Origin: Hymenobacter sp. B81 | GTDB taxonomy: Bacteria; Bacteroidota; Bacteroidia; Cytophagales; Hymenobacteraceae | Assembly (NCBI RefSeq): GCF_044628455.1 | Contig: NZ_JBIYZW010000001.1 | Span: 370,947 to 434,946 of the forward strand | DNA: 64,000 nucleotides | Direction: 5' to 3' | In this document: positions 37,001 to 44,886 of the stretch, piece after piece | Numbering within the stretch: the first letter of the stretch is position 1 | How the letters are laid out: every line of letters begins with the position of its first letter | Position numbers and translations under genes: made by a program | The notes under the pieces: model-generated | What the model was told of the DNA's origin: nothing | Seen by the model: the letters and a program-made list of their open reading frames with translations, nothing else | The model's database searches: none

Positions 37001-38994
37001 AGGGCGGCCCGCAGCTGGTTGAAGCCGGCGTAGATGCCCGAAATGTTGTCGATGATGCGCGTGGTCTGCGTCGGGTCGGCAATGGGCAGGTTGCCCACCA
37101 CTTCGATGAGCAATTCCAGCTCGGCGGCTACAGCATTCAGCTCCTGTTCGAGCTTGTTGGCTTCCGTCACCGTGGGCAGCTGCTCGATGCCCGCGCCCAG
37201 GGCCTGCACCCGCGCGGCGTAGGGCGTGAGGGCGTCATCGCGCAGCAGGAAGTCCACCGTGCGCTGGGCCACTTCCTGGCTCAAGCCCTGCAGCTCCCCG
37301 GCGGCTTTTTCCACGGCGGCCGCATCCACGTAGCGCAGCTCCTTCAGGGAAATGACTTCGCCGCGTACCTGGCGCAGGTCCGAGAGCTGCTGCACGTATT
37401 GCTGCACCTCGGTGGCGTCGGCGGTGCGCTTGATCAGGTCGCGCAGCTCGGCGGCGCGGCCCAGCACCTGCTGGGTGGTTTCCTGGGTGCTGCGGCGGAT
37501 GCGCTGCACCTTGTCGAACTCCTCCACGGCCGAGGTTGCGGCCTGCCGGATATCCTGCAGGGGCTCCGCGAGCTTTTCGGCGCCGGGCTCGGCCAGCCAG
37601 TGGTAGGAGTCCGATAGGGTAGTGGTGCGCCGGATCAGGTCGAGGTAGAGACCGGTGTAGGAGTCGTCCTTGCCGATGAGCGTGAGCACCTCCTGCGCCT
37701 CGGCCATGGCCCGCACAATTTCCTTGTTGCCGAGCTTGCCCAGGTAGCCGTCCTGCACCGCCGGCAGCTGAAAGTCGGGCGCGGTGTAGGGCGTCTGCCA
37801 GATCTGCACGGTGTGGTGCTTTTTGGGCTCCTCGTCGGCGCGGAAGTAGCACAGCTCGCCGTTTTCGAACAGGGCGTAGCCGTGGCAGACGATGGGCGCG
37901 GCCACCTTCTGGCTGATGAGATTGTAGCTCAGCAGCAAATACAGGCCGTTGTCCTTCTGGAAGAACACGTACAGAAAATCCTCGCCGTTGGGCGAGGCCA
38001 CGCGCTTCTCGAACACCAGCTCCTGGGGCACCTGCTCGAACTGCTTGCCGTCGCCGGTTTGCAGGTAGTAGCCGTGGGGAAAGATCAGGCCGTGGCCGTC
38101 GGGCAGCAGCACGCAGGCGTCGGCCAGCGCGTCGAGGCGCTGGGCCTGGCGCAGCTTGGTGTTGTAGAGGAAGTAGCGGAAGCCGGACTCCTGGTAGGGC
38201 CGGATTTTGAGCAAGACCAGCTGGCCGACCACCGCGTAGTGGATTTCGGCGTCGTCGAGGGTCTGGTCCTTGTTGTCGACGGGCTCGGAGTAAATACCCT
38301 GCCCGGTCTTGGTATTGTCTTCGACTTTGATGGTTAAATCCCCGCCCACCGTCTCCACGAACACCTTGTCTTCGATGCTGATGTGCGGGTGCTTGCCGGC
38401 CCGGTGCATGTCGCGGGTGGCGCGCTTCCACTGGAACTCGTGCTGGGGCGGGAAGGTGTACTCGTGGTCGGAGCGGTTGTCGAGATACACCAACGACTGG
38501 CCCTGCACCAGCCACTTAAAAGTCTTGATGTCGTTGGCCGTCTTGCCCACCCGGAACACCATGAACAGGTGCTCCCCGCGCTGGGCAAACTTGACGAAGC
38601 GCGTCTTCTTGTAGTACTTGTAGAGGTTGCGCAGCTCCTCCAGGAAGGCCTTGTCCTCGATCAGCGCCAAGCCCAGGGGCCGAAACTCCGGCCGCTGGTA
38701 CTGGTACACCCCGAACACGTCCTGCAAATCGACCTCGGTTTTGAGGCCCAGCAGCACGTTGTAGCCGAACAGGAACTTGTCGCCCAGCGCCACCATGTCC
38801 ATGGGCACGCAGTTGTGCTCGGTGGTGAGGCGCCCGGTACCCAGCAGCTGCCAGTCCAGGGCCCCAAACACCTGCTTGCGGGCGGTGTTGAGCTTGTCCA
38901 GCCGCACGCGCAGCTCCGAGCCGCCCTTGCTGAGGCGGTTGCGCAGGATTTCGTAGGTGCCGGTTTCAAGTTGAGGAGCGGCGGTAGTTTCCAT
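34030..38994 (-). CDS. Giant (1,654 aa) protein with C-terminal MoxR-like AAA+ ATPase module; N-terminal ~1,100 aa of unknown beta and coiled-coil regions
   Basis: Uninterrupted 4.96 kb ORF. C-terminal Walker A LISPPGYGKTTLLEYVANRLGL, Walker B VMIYVDDIQHC, sensor-like CVVMAGNPYTETGDVFKLPDMLANRADIYNL, colinear with MoxR/AAA_3-5 ATPases. Long predicted coiled-coil middle region. Carries a 36-nt in-frame palindromic element (SPSPSERGPGGE). Confidence 0.85.
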   Translation of the reverse strand: METTAAPQLETGTYEILRNRLSKGGSELRVRLDKLNTARKQVFGALDWQLLGTGRLTTEHNCVPMDMVALGDKFLFGYNVLLGLKTEVDLQDVFGVYQYQRPEFRPLGLALIEDKAFLEELRNLYKYYKKTRFVKFAQRGEHLFMVFRVGKTANDIKTFKWLVQGQSLVYLDNRSDHEYTFPPQHEFQWKRATRDMHRAGKHPHISIEDKVFVETVGGDLTIKVEDNTKTGQGIYSEPVDNKDQTLDDAEIHYAVVGQLVLLKIRPYQESGFRYFLYNTKLRQAQRLDALADACVLLPDGHGLIFPHGYYLQTGDGKQFEQVPQELVFEKRVASPNGEDFLYVFFQKDNGLYLLLSYNLISQKVAAPIVCHGYALFENGELCYFRADEEPKKHHTVQIWQTPYTAPDFQLPAVQDGYLGKLGNKEIVRAMAEAQEVLTLIGKDDSYTGLYLDLIRRTTTLSDSYHWLAEPGAEKLAEPLQDIRQAATSAVEEFDKVQRIRRSTQETTQQVLGRAAELRDLIKRTADATEVQQYVQQLSDLRQVRGEVISLKELRYVDAAAVEKAAGELQGLSQEVAQRTVDFLLRDDALTPYAARVQALGAGIEQLPTVTEANKLEQELNAVAAELELLIEVVGNLPIADPTQTTRIIDNISGIYAGFNQLRAALKRRRQALAGTEAQAEFAAQLKLLEQALVNYLDLSDTPAKCDEYLSRLMVQLEELEGKFPEFDQFLSQLATRREEAYEAFEARKQSLVAARNQRASALLQSAERMLKAVQNRVSKLTAVADINGYFAADVMVEKVRRTVDELLALGDAVKADDLQSRLKTVREDAVRQLKDRADLFVDGGQGVRFGPHTFTVNTQPLELTLVLRDGQLHYHLTGTNFYRAVEDAAVEQARPVWEQTLPSENHDVYRAEFLAYQLLTAAQHPQPAAEGRPATLSVAELERLSPADLLAYVQQHMAPRYAEGYLKGVHDHDAALILAALVRLTRATGLLRYPTETRAAANLYWHRFAPADRQAHWQHQIQGLALLLQVFPDARETGKLTAELQTAIEQFAQETSLFTPEEVAEAGEYLLHELIQQSSGSPSPSERGPGGEAPAFTTSAEAADLSEAFLKHLKERRAADTFEASVAALAQQPAAQYQLIRQWLRAFLQQAGHPVWAAFCDETAALLASRSYAPERVIRTPLTEVLPDMRGSHPRLVTSNEKQKTSYELNFPHFRRRLHHFAQHTLPQFEQFAELKKQLLTQAAEHMRLADFRPRVLTSFVRNQLIDQVYLPLIGANLAKQIGTAGEGKRTDLMGLLLLISPPGYGKTTLLEYVANRLGLIFMKINGPAIGHAVTSVDPAQAPNAGARQELEKLNLAFEMGDNVMIYVDDIQHCHPEFLQKFISLCDAQRKIEGVYQGRARTYDFRGRKVCVVMAGNPYTETGDVFKLPDMLANRADIYNLGDILTAGSEDAFRLSYLENALTSNAALARLAGQAPQDVPTLIRLAETNQADGLSFEGNHAPEELSEYVAVLQKLLRLRDVVARVNAAYIASAAQADAYRTEPPFKLQGSYRNMNKLAEKVRPVMNEQEIEQLLAAHYESEAQTLTSATEANLLKLRELLGWLTPEQQQRWQQIKHTYQENLRNSQTGQVLQVLTRLEAIAGGLSGIREALKQE
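35717..35757. repeat. Palindromic element copy 1 (GGCCCCCTCTCC-N4-GGAGAGGGGGAGCC), in-frame within the giant CDS
   Basis: Hairpin-forming inverted repeat, near-identical to copies at 39465 and 63876. Confidence 0.7.
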
Positions 38995-39037
38995 GGCTAT
39001 GGTAAGGGCCCGTGACGGTTGGGCGTCACGGAGGTAA

Positions 39038-39403
39038 TTAGTCGTTGCGCTGCAGGCTGGCTTTCAACAGTGCCTGCGCTGGGTCGGCTTTGGCGTACAC
39101 GACGGCCGTGGTGTCGCCCTTCCGGTGGCCTCGCATGAAAGCACGGCTGGTGCGGGCGCGCAGCGTGTAGTCCTGCCCGCCCACGCGGTACCGAATCGTA
39201 ACGCGCCGGCTCTTGATGGTTCGCCGCCGGGTGATGATGCCCGTGGCAACGCCCGGGTTTTTCAAGATGAACGCCCGCTTTTGCCGGGTTTCCTGCCTGA
39301 CCTTGTACACAATGCCCACGCACAGGGCAATGGCCAGCACGATTCCCAAGAGCAGAGCCGCTACTTGCTTGCGGTTGGTAGATGTGGCGTTTAGGGTCGT
39401 CAC
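39038..39403 (-). CDS. Small N-terminally anchored membrane protein, DUF3592-like beta domain, no C-terminal TM
   Basis: GTG start; TM (AALLLGIVLAIALCVGIVY) then GVATGIITRRRT...VTIRYRVGGQDYTL...GDTTAVVYAKADP. Sits between flotillin and the giant gene. Confidence 0.45.
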   Translation of the reverse strand: MTTLNATSTNRKQVAALLLGIVLAIALCVGIVYKVRQETRQKRAFILKNPGVATGIITRRRTIKSRRVTIRYRVGGQDYTLRARTSRAFMRGHRKGDTTAVVYAKADPAQALLKASLQRND

Positions 39404-39464
39404 TGGTATGGGGTTTCGTGGGCTGATGCCGGCCTAAGCGCTGTTCGCCGCACGGCCAGAAACC

Positions 39465-39494
39465 AGTCCCCCTCTCCGGCGGGGAGAGGGGGCT
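39465..39494. repeat. Palindromic element copy 2 (CCCCCTCTCCGGCGGGGAGAGGGGG), intergenic between flotillin stop and next gene
   Basis: Same inverted repeat core as 35717 and 63876. Confidence 0.7.
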
Positions 39495-39508
39495 AGGGGA
39501 GAGGTCCG

Positions 39509-41674
39509 TTAGTTGAGCGTACTCACCATCTTATCCGAGAGGCCCAGCATCTTGGCCGTGCCGGCCAGCTGGGTAATGGTGTTGCGCGTGGCGTCGTCGC
39601 CGGCCTTGTTCATCATTTGCAGCAGCAGGGCCGAGATGCTCAGGTTCTTCACGTCATCGGAACTGAGGCCGAACTGGTTTACGAACTTGGTGATGTTGGT
39701 TTTGAAGTCGCCGCCGTTGCCATCGAGCGGGAAAAAGGTGTCCTTCACTGTGGTCAGCACCTGGGAGTTGCCCACGGCGCGGTCGATGCTCTTGCCCTTG
39801 GTAATCGAGCCGATGATCTGGTCGAAGAACATGGTCTCGCCGCCCACGATGTCGATTTTGGCGGCTTTCAGCGCCTCGGCAATAACGCCCGACTGCGCGG
39901 CCGCAATGTCCTTCTGGATGCTGATTTCGGCCAGCTCCACGGCCTGGTCCTTGGCCAGGCGCAGCTTGAACTCCTCGTGCTCCTTGCCCACGCCGTCGAG
40001 CTTCTTCATGGCGTCGGCCTTGGCTTCGATGCCCTTGGCTTCCACCGCAAACTTCTCCTCGCTCACGCGCACTTCGGCCAGGCCCTTCTTCTGCTCGGCG
40101 TCGGCCATGGCGTCGATGACGTCCACGTCGACCATGGCCTTCTCGCGGTTGACCTTGGCGGCCACGATGCCGATTTTCTCGTCGGCTTCGGCCTGGGCGG
40201 CGGCTTTGGCCTGAATGGCCTGGGCCTCGGCCGAGGCGGTGAGCTGGAGCACGGTGGCCTCGGTTTCGCCTTCCTTCTGGCGGGCTACGGCCTTGGCCTG
40301 CATCACCTGCGCTTCGGCCAGGCCCACGGCAGTGGCTTTGCTGGCTTCGGCTTCGGCCAGGGTGCGAATGGCCTGGGCCTTGAACTCAGCCGAGGCTTTC
40401 TCGGCTTCGGCGTCGATAAGGGCCTGCTTGGCGCGGAACTCGGCGGCCTGCTTGGCCATGTCGGCTTCGCCCACCAGGCTCACCGTAGCAGCTTCGGCCT
40501 GCTGCTTGGCGGCCGTAATGGCTACCAGCTTGTCACGCTCGGCCTGGGCCTGGGCGCGGGTGTCCTTGATCTTTTCCTCTTCCTGCACGGTGGCCTTCTC
40601 CACCGCAATTCGCTCCCGGATGATGGCCTGGATGTTTTTGCGCTCCTCCTCCACGGCCTTTTCCTTCTCGATCTGGGCCAGGGCCACAATTCGCTCCCGC
40701 TCGTTGGCTTCCAGGGCCTGGGCCTGCGCCACGCGCTCGGTTTCCACCGCGTCGGTGCGCTGCTTGTTGCGCTCGGCCACCAGCACCTGCCGGTCGCGGT
40801 TCTGCTCGGCCACGCGCACTTCCTCCTCGGTGGTCAGGCGGGCGCGCTCCGATTTCAGGGTTTCTTCCTGCTGCACCTTGGCAATTTCGGCCGACTCGCG
40901 GGCCTTGATGCTGGCAATTTCGCGGCGCTGCTTTTCCTGGTTTTCGGTGAGCTGCTTTTCCAGCTGCAGGATGGTTTCCTGCGCTTCCACGTCCTGCTTC
41001 TTGATGGTCTTCTGGGTTTCCCGCTCGATGGCGTTGGCCTGAATCTTCTGCTCCGAGGTCAGGGCAATGATTTTCTTGATGCCCTCCGCGTCCAGGATGT
41101 TGTCGTGGTTCAGGGCCGACAGCGGTGTCTGCTCCAGGTAGTCGATGGCGCAGTCGTCGAGCACGTAGCCGTTCAGGTCGGTGCCGATGATGCGCAGGAT
41201 TTCCTGCTTGAATTGCTCGCGCGAGTTGTAGAGCTCGATGAAGTCAAACTGCTTGCCCACGGTCTTGAGGGCCTCCGAGAACTTGGCGTCGAAGAGGTTT
41301 TCCAGTGCGGCCGGGTCGGAGGCGCGACGGGCGCCGATGCTCTGGGCCACCTGCACCACGTCCTCGGCCGTTTTGTTGACGCGCACGAAGAAGTTCACCT
41401 TCACGTCGGCCCGCAGGTTGTCTTTGCACACGAGGCCTTCCTTGCCGGCGCGCTGAATGATGATGGTTTTCAGGGTGATGTCCATCACCTCGAGCTTGTG
41501 CAGCACGGGAATGACGAAGATGCCGGAAAACGACACGCGGGAGTCGCCCAGGCCGGTGCGCACCAGGGCTTCGCCCTGCACGGCCTTCTGGTACATCTTC
41601 ACCACAATGGCGACGATGCCCAGCAAAAACAGGCCGACTATAGCCAGCACTGCCAGGGATAATTGTTCAAGCAT
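39509..41674 (-). CDS. Flotillin-family (SPFH/band 7) protein with long EA-rich coiled-coil region (YqiK/FloT-like)
   Basis: N-terminal TM, SPFH domain (VRTGLGDSRVSFSGIFVIPVLHKLEVMDITLKTI...), ~350 aa of E/A/K/Q-rich heptads, conserved flotillin C-terminal region. ATG (MLEQLSL) at 41672-41674. Confidence 0.9.
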   Translation of the reverse strand: MLEQLSLAVLAIVGLFLLGIVAIVVKMYQKAVQGEALVRTGLGDSRVSFSGIFVIPVLHKLEVMDITLKTIIIQRAGKEGLVCKDNLRADVKVNFFVRVNKTAEDVVQVAQSIGARRASDPAALENLFDAKFSEALKTVGKQFDFIELYNSREQFKQEILRIIGTDLNGYVLDDCAIDYLEQTPLSALNHDNILDAEGIKKIIALTSEQKIQANAIERETQKTIKKQDVEAQETILQLEKQLTENQEKQRREIASIKARESAEIAKVQQEETLKSERARLTTEEEVRVAEQNRDRQVLVAERNKQRTDAVETERVAQAQALEANERERIVALAQIEKEKAVEEERKNIQAIIRERIAVEKATVQEEEKIKDTRAQAQAERDKLVAITAAKQQAEAATVSLVGEADMAKQAAEFRAKQALIDAEAEKASAEFKAQAIRTLAEAEASKATAVGLAEAQVMQAKAVARQKEGETEATVLQLTASAEAQAIQAKAAAQAEADEKIGIVAAKVNREKAMVDVDVIDAMADAEQKKGLAEVRVSEEKFAVEAKGIEAKADAMKKLDGVGKEHEEFKLRLAKDQAVELAEISIQKDIAAAQSGVIAEALKAAKIDIVGGETMFFDQIIGSITKGKSIDRAVGNSQVLTTVKDTFFPLDGNGGDFKTNITKFVNQFGLSSDDVKNLSISALLLQMMNKAGDDATRNTITQLAGTAKMLGLSDKMVSTLN

Positions 41675-41726
41675 GTAAGTAAGGAGTAGAGTTGGGTCGG
41701 GAGGAAAGTGAAAAGCAAGTGGCAAA

Positions 41727-41861
41727 TCAGGTGGCCAGCAGGGCCAGTAGGGCGCTCAGGAAGCGGCCCACGGCGTAGCCCGCGGCGGCCAGCCAGTCGG
41801 TCAGGGTGGTCGTGAAGTCGAGCAGCGGGGTCAGATAGGGCAGTAGGTCGGGCAGGATCAT
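41727..41861 (-). CDS. Possible 44-aa hydrophobic small protein between yqiJ-like and flotillin genes
   Basis: MILPDLLPYLTPLLDFTTTLTDWLAAAGYAVGRFLSALLALLAT; ATG at 41859-41861; positional support only. Confidence 0.25.
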   Translation of the reverse strand: MILPDLLPYLTPLLDFTTTLTDWLAAAGYAVGRFLSALLALLAT

Positions 41862-41948
41862 AGCGGTGGTTGGTGTGGGGTTAGGCAAAAAGCGCGAAAA
41901 CATCAGTCAGCATCTCCTGGCCGAGCAGTCTGCTCGGGGAGGGGCCGC

Positions 41949-42596
41949 TCAGCGGGCATCGTAGGGCTCGATCAGGTAGCAGCGGCGCGCGGCGTCGTAG
42001 TCGATGACCAGGGCCGTGTCGCCCTTGCGCAGCTCGCCGGAGGCCGCGCGCACATTGAGGGTGAGGGCGGCGCCCTCGGCCCGGATGCTGGCCTGGCCCA
42101 GGTGCTGGCGCGAAGTGGGCAGCAGCACGGTGCATACTTTGCCCACGGGGTTGAGGCTGCCGGCCTGGTCTTTTTCCAGGCTGGCAAACAGCTTCACGAA
42201 GGGCAGGGTAAGCACCTTGGCCACCAGCAGGCTGCCGATGAACAGCGGCACGGCCAGCACCAGCCCCAGCAGCAGCGAGTGGTTGCCGAGGTAGTAGTTG
42301 ACGAGGATGCTGCCCACCCACAGCGGCAGGGCCACGAAGCTCAGAAACACCATCAGCGGCACGCGACCCAGGTTGAAGAAGGCCAGCGCGTTGTTGATCC
42401 AGTCGACGCCCATGTGGGCGTGGTGCGGGCCGTGCGCGTCGGGACCCAGGTCGGCGTCGGGGCTCACGTGCAGGTCCAGGGTTTTGAAGTCGAGCAGGCC
42501 GACCATCACCGTGAGCCAGTAGAGCAGCACGAAAATGAGCAGGCCCGTGGCCAGCAGGTTGGGCGGGGAGGCCGCCGCGTGTAGCAATTCAGTCAT
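41949..42596 (-). CDS. YqiJ/DUF1449-family inner-membrane protein with C-terminal NfeD-like OB fold (flotillin partner)
   Basis: Multiple N-terminal TMs; C-terminal GKVCTVLLPTSRQHLGQASIRAEGAALTLNVRAASGELRKGDTALVID beta-barrel-like segment; directly upstream of flotillin as in E. coli yqiJK. Confidence 0.65.
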   Translation of the reverse strand: MTELLHAAASPPNLLATGLLIFVLLYWLTVMVGLLDFKTLDLHVSPDADLGPDAHGPHHAHMGVDWINNALAFFNLGRVPLMVFLSFVALPLWVGSILVNYYLGNHSLLLGLVLAVPLFIGSLLVAKVLTLPFVKLFASLEKDQAGSLNPVGKVCTVLLPTSRQHLGQASIRAEGAALTLNVRAASGELRKGDTALVIDYDAARRCYLIEPYDAR

Positions 42597-42673
42597 AGGA
42601 TAGCCGGCTTAGGTGAAGGTAAAACATTGCGGCGGCAAACCCAGCGGCCGCGTGCCGGCCCGGCGGGGCCGGC

Positions 42674-43387
42674 TTAGGCTGGGGGCGTGTTGAGGCCCAG
42701 CTTCTGCTTGAGGGCCTGCAGGTCGGCCGCGGCCTGGCCGCCCCCGGCCTGCAGCGCCCGGTCGATTTCCTGGTCGAGGCTTTTCTTTTCCTGGGCAATT
42801 TCGCCGTACGACTCGGCCAGGGCTTCTTCCACGGCTACTTTTTCCTTCATGCGCTCCAGCAAAGCCACCGTCCCCGACGAGTCGAGCTGGGCCAGCTGCT
42901 TGTTGATGGTTTTGGTGGCGGTGCTCACCGTCACGCGGGCCTTGAGGGTTTTTAGCTCGTTTTCCCACTGGCCGATGGTCTGGCGCAGGGTCTGCACGTT
43001 CTGGTCGAGCTGCTGCGCCGACTGCTCGAAGCGCTGCTGGTCGGCGGTGGCGCGGGTGGCGTGGGCTTCGTGCTCGGCCTTTTTACCCAGGGCTTCCCCG
43101 GCCAGACGGTCGGCTTCGGCAGTTGCCAGGTCTCCCTTGTGGGCGCGCTGCAGCAGCAGCACCGCTTTGTTTTCGTAGTCGAGGGCCTTGCTGCGGGAGC
43201 CCTCGGCCTCGTTGCGCGCCCGAATGCCCATGGCCTTCACCTCGGCCAGGGCCTGCAGGCTTTTGTCGAGGTCCTGGCGCAGGTCGCGCAGGGCCTGCTC
43301 GGTCATTTTGATGGGGTCTTCGAGCTGGTCGATGGCGGAGTGCGACTCGGCCTGGCCGATTTTGAAAAGACGGGCGAAGAGGTTCAT
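42674..43387 (-). CDS. pspA: PspA/IM30 (phage shock protein A / Vipp1) family protein
   Basis: MNLFARLFKIGQAESHSAIDQLEDPIKMTEQALRDLRQDL... canonical PspA N-terminus and coiled-coil body (237 aa). Confidence 0.9.
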   Translation of the reverse strand: MNLFARLFKIGQAESHSAIDQLEDPIKMTEQALRDLRQDLDKSLQALAEVKAMGIRARNEAEGSRSKALDYENKAVLLLQRAHKGDLATAEADRLAGEALGKKAEHEAHATRATADQQRFEQSAQQLDQNVQTLRQTIGQWENELKTLKARVTVSTATKTINKQLAQLDSSGTVALLERMKEKVAVEEALAESYGEIAQEKKSLDQEIDRALQAGGGQAAADLQALKQKLGLNTPPA

Positions 43388-43486
43388 GGCGGGTAGGGCT
43401 TAGGGAATTAGGGGTTAGGTCTTAGGGCTTAGAGGGAGGAGCGGTTGGGGCTTGAGGCAGGCGACCAATGCCTAATCCCTGGGTTC

Positions 43487-43924
43487 CTAAGCCCTCGAAA
43501 AAGCTATCAGCTCCTCCGAAAACTCGCTGAGCAGCAAACTCAGGGAATTCAGCACGGCCTCCAGCTCCGAGAGGTCGAGGGTATCGATCTGCAGCGTGTC
43601 GCGGAAGATGACCTTGCGGCCGGAATCGTCGAGGGCGAAGGCGCCGTGGATGATGTCGCGGTTCTTCTGCAGCAGGCGCTGGTACACCTCGCACGAGGGA
43701 GCCGGCAGCTCCAGGAGGTACTGCTCCAAGATCAGGAGCGGCTCGCCGCAGCCCAGCACCAGGTTGCGGATGCCCTGCGCAGGGTGGTCGACGACCAGAA
43801 TGCCGTCCGATTCGTCGGCGTGGCGGATGTCGAAGCCCAGCGTGAGCAGGTGGCGGTGAATAGTGGCAAAGTAAGGGTTGGTCATAGGCAGGGTGCGGTG
43901 GGTAGGGTTATGAGCATGGCTCAA
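43487..43924 (-). CDS. Hypothetical protein (possibly YbjN-like), first gene of the psp/flotillin cluster
   Basis: 145-aa ORF, no TM; loose resemblance to YbjN-type putative sensory regulators only. Confidence 0.45.
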   Translation of the reverse strand: MSHAHNPTHRTLPMTNPYFATIHRHLLTLGFDIRHADESDGILVVDHPAQGIRNLVLGCGEPLLILEQYLLELPAPSCEVYQRLLQKNRDIIHGAFALDDSGRKVIFRDTLQIDTLDLSELEAVLNSLSLLLSEFSEELIAFSRA

Positions 43925-44002
43925 ATAACTGGCGTTGGGAATGCGGGTTCTGAGGTGGTTGTCGTAGCTTTACGCTGCAAGAATACTGAAAGTTTTGGCT
44001 AT

Positions 44003-44017
44003 GCTCAAAGTTTGAGC
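44003..44017. promoter_or_regulatory. Perfect 15-bp palindrome GCTCAAAGTTTGAGC (nested in TTTACGCT...AGCGTAAA inverted repeat): candidate operator in divergent promoter region
   Basis: Located 20 nt upstream of the XRE regulator ATG (44037), in the 112-bp gap to the divergent psp/flotillin cluster. Confidence 0.5.
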
Positions 44018-44036
44018 GTAAAAATTTTTCGGCGTA

Positions 44037-44816
44037 ATGTCCTACATCGGCAACAATATCCGCAAGATACGCACGGTTAAGAAGCTGAGCCAGGCGGCTT
44101 TTGCGGAGCTTTTCGGGCTGGCCCGGCCCAGCGTGGGTGCCTATGAAGAAGGGCGCTCCGAGCCCAAAATGGAGACCTTGATTCAGATTGCTCATCATTT
44201 TGGCTTGTCGGTAGACCTGCTACTGACGAAAGAATTGACCGTAAACGACCTCTACGGCTTCGATATCTTTCAGCAGGACATCCAGGCCGGGCCGGTAACC
44301 GATGCCGTGGCCGAGGCCGACAAGCTCAGCCAGGTAACGCCCTGGGTGAAGGCCGACCGCGTGCTGGAGTACATCGTGCACTACCACGATAAGGCGTTCG
44401 TGGACGCCCTGCCGGCCCTGACGCTGCCCCACGCGTTGGGTGCCGCCACGCGGGCCTTCGAGATTCAGGGAGCCGAAATGCAGCACCAGCAACAGGGCCT
44501 GCGCCACCAGGACGTGGTGCTCTGCCGCCGCGTCGACCGCGCCGCGCCGCTGCTGCGCCCCGGCCGCATCTACGCCTTCGTTACGGCCAGCCGCCTGCTG
44601 GTGCGCCGGCTGGTAGAGCGCCTGCCCGACGAAAAGCTCAAGCTGCGCGCCGACAACCCCGACTACGGCACGCTGGAATTTGCCCTCGACCAGGCCCTGG
44701 AAATTTGGGAAGTGAAAGCCGTGTTTACCACCCACCTGCGCCCGCCCTCGGCCCTGGAAGAGCGCGTGAGCCGGCTGGAGCAGCAGCTAGAGGAGCTGCT
44801 GGGGCGGCTGGAATAA
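44037..44816 (+). CDS. XRE-family HTH regulator with S24/LexA-like C-terminal domain
   Basis: N-terminal HTH (IRKIRTVKKLSQAAFAELFGLARPSVGAYEEGRSEP); C-terminal CI/LexA-like fold where the usual Ser-Lys dyad is not obviously conserved (GAEM in place of GDSM). Confidence 0.7.
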   Translation: MSYIGNNIRKIRTVKKLSQAAFAELFGLARPSVGAYEEGRSEPKMETLIQIAHHFGLSVDLLLTKELTVNDLYGFDIFQQDIQAGPVTDAVAEADKLSQVTPWVKADRVLEYIVHYHDKAFVDALPALTLPHALGAATRAFEIQGAEMQHQQQGLRHQDVVLCRRVDRAAPLLRPGRIYAFVTASRLLVRRLVERLPDEKLKLRADNPDYGTLEFALDQALEIWEVKAVFTTHLRPPSALEERVSRLEQQLEELLGRLE

Positions 44817-44886
44817 GCCCCGTCAGCCGTACTTTGCCGCTGCCTTTCGCCTTTTCGGGCCCGCCGCGCCCGCCATTTTTCCCCTC

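Noticed and set aside
34418-38614. Multiple + strand ORFs inside the giant gene (34495..35250, 35938..36708, 36811..37617, 37813..38337, 38383..39015) and - strand 37235..38515
   Set aside because: Antisense or off-frame artefacts. The 1,654-aa minus-strand frame is uninterrupted and has recognisable AAA+ motifs.
39513-41662. + strand ORFs 39617..41662 (681 aa) and 40215..41042 opposite the flotillin gene
   Set aside because: Antisense of a highly repetitive EA-rich coiled-coil gene; translation is Gly/Leu-rich low complexity.
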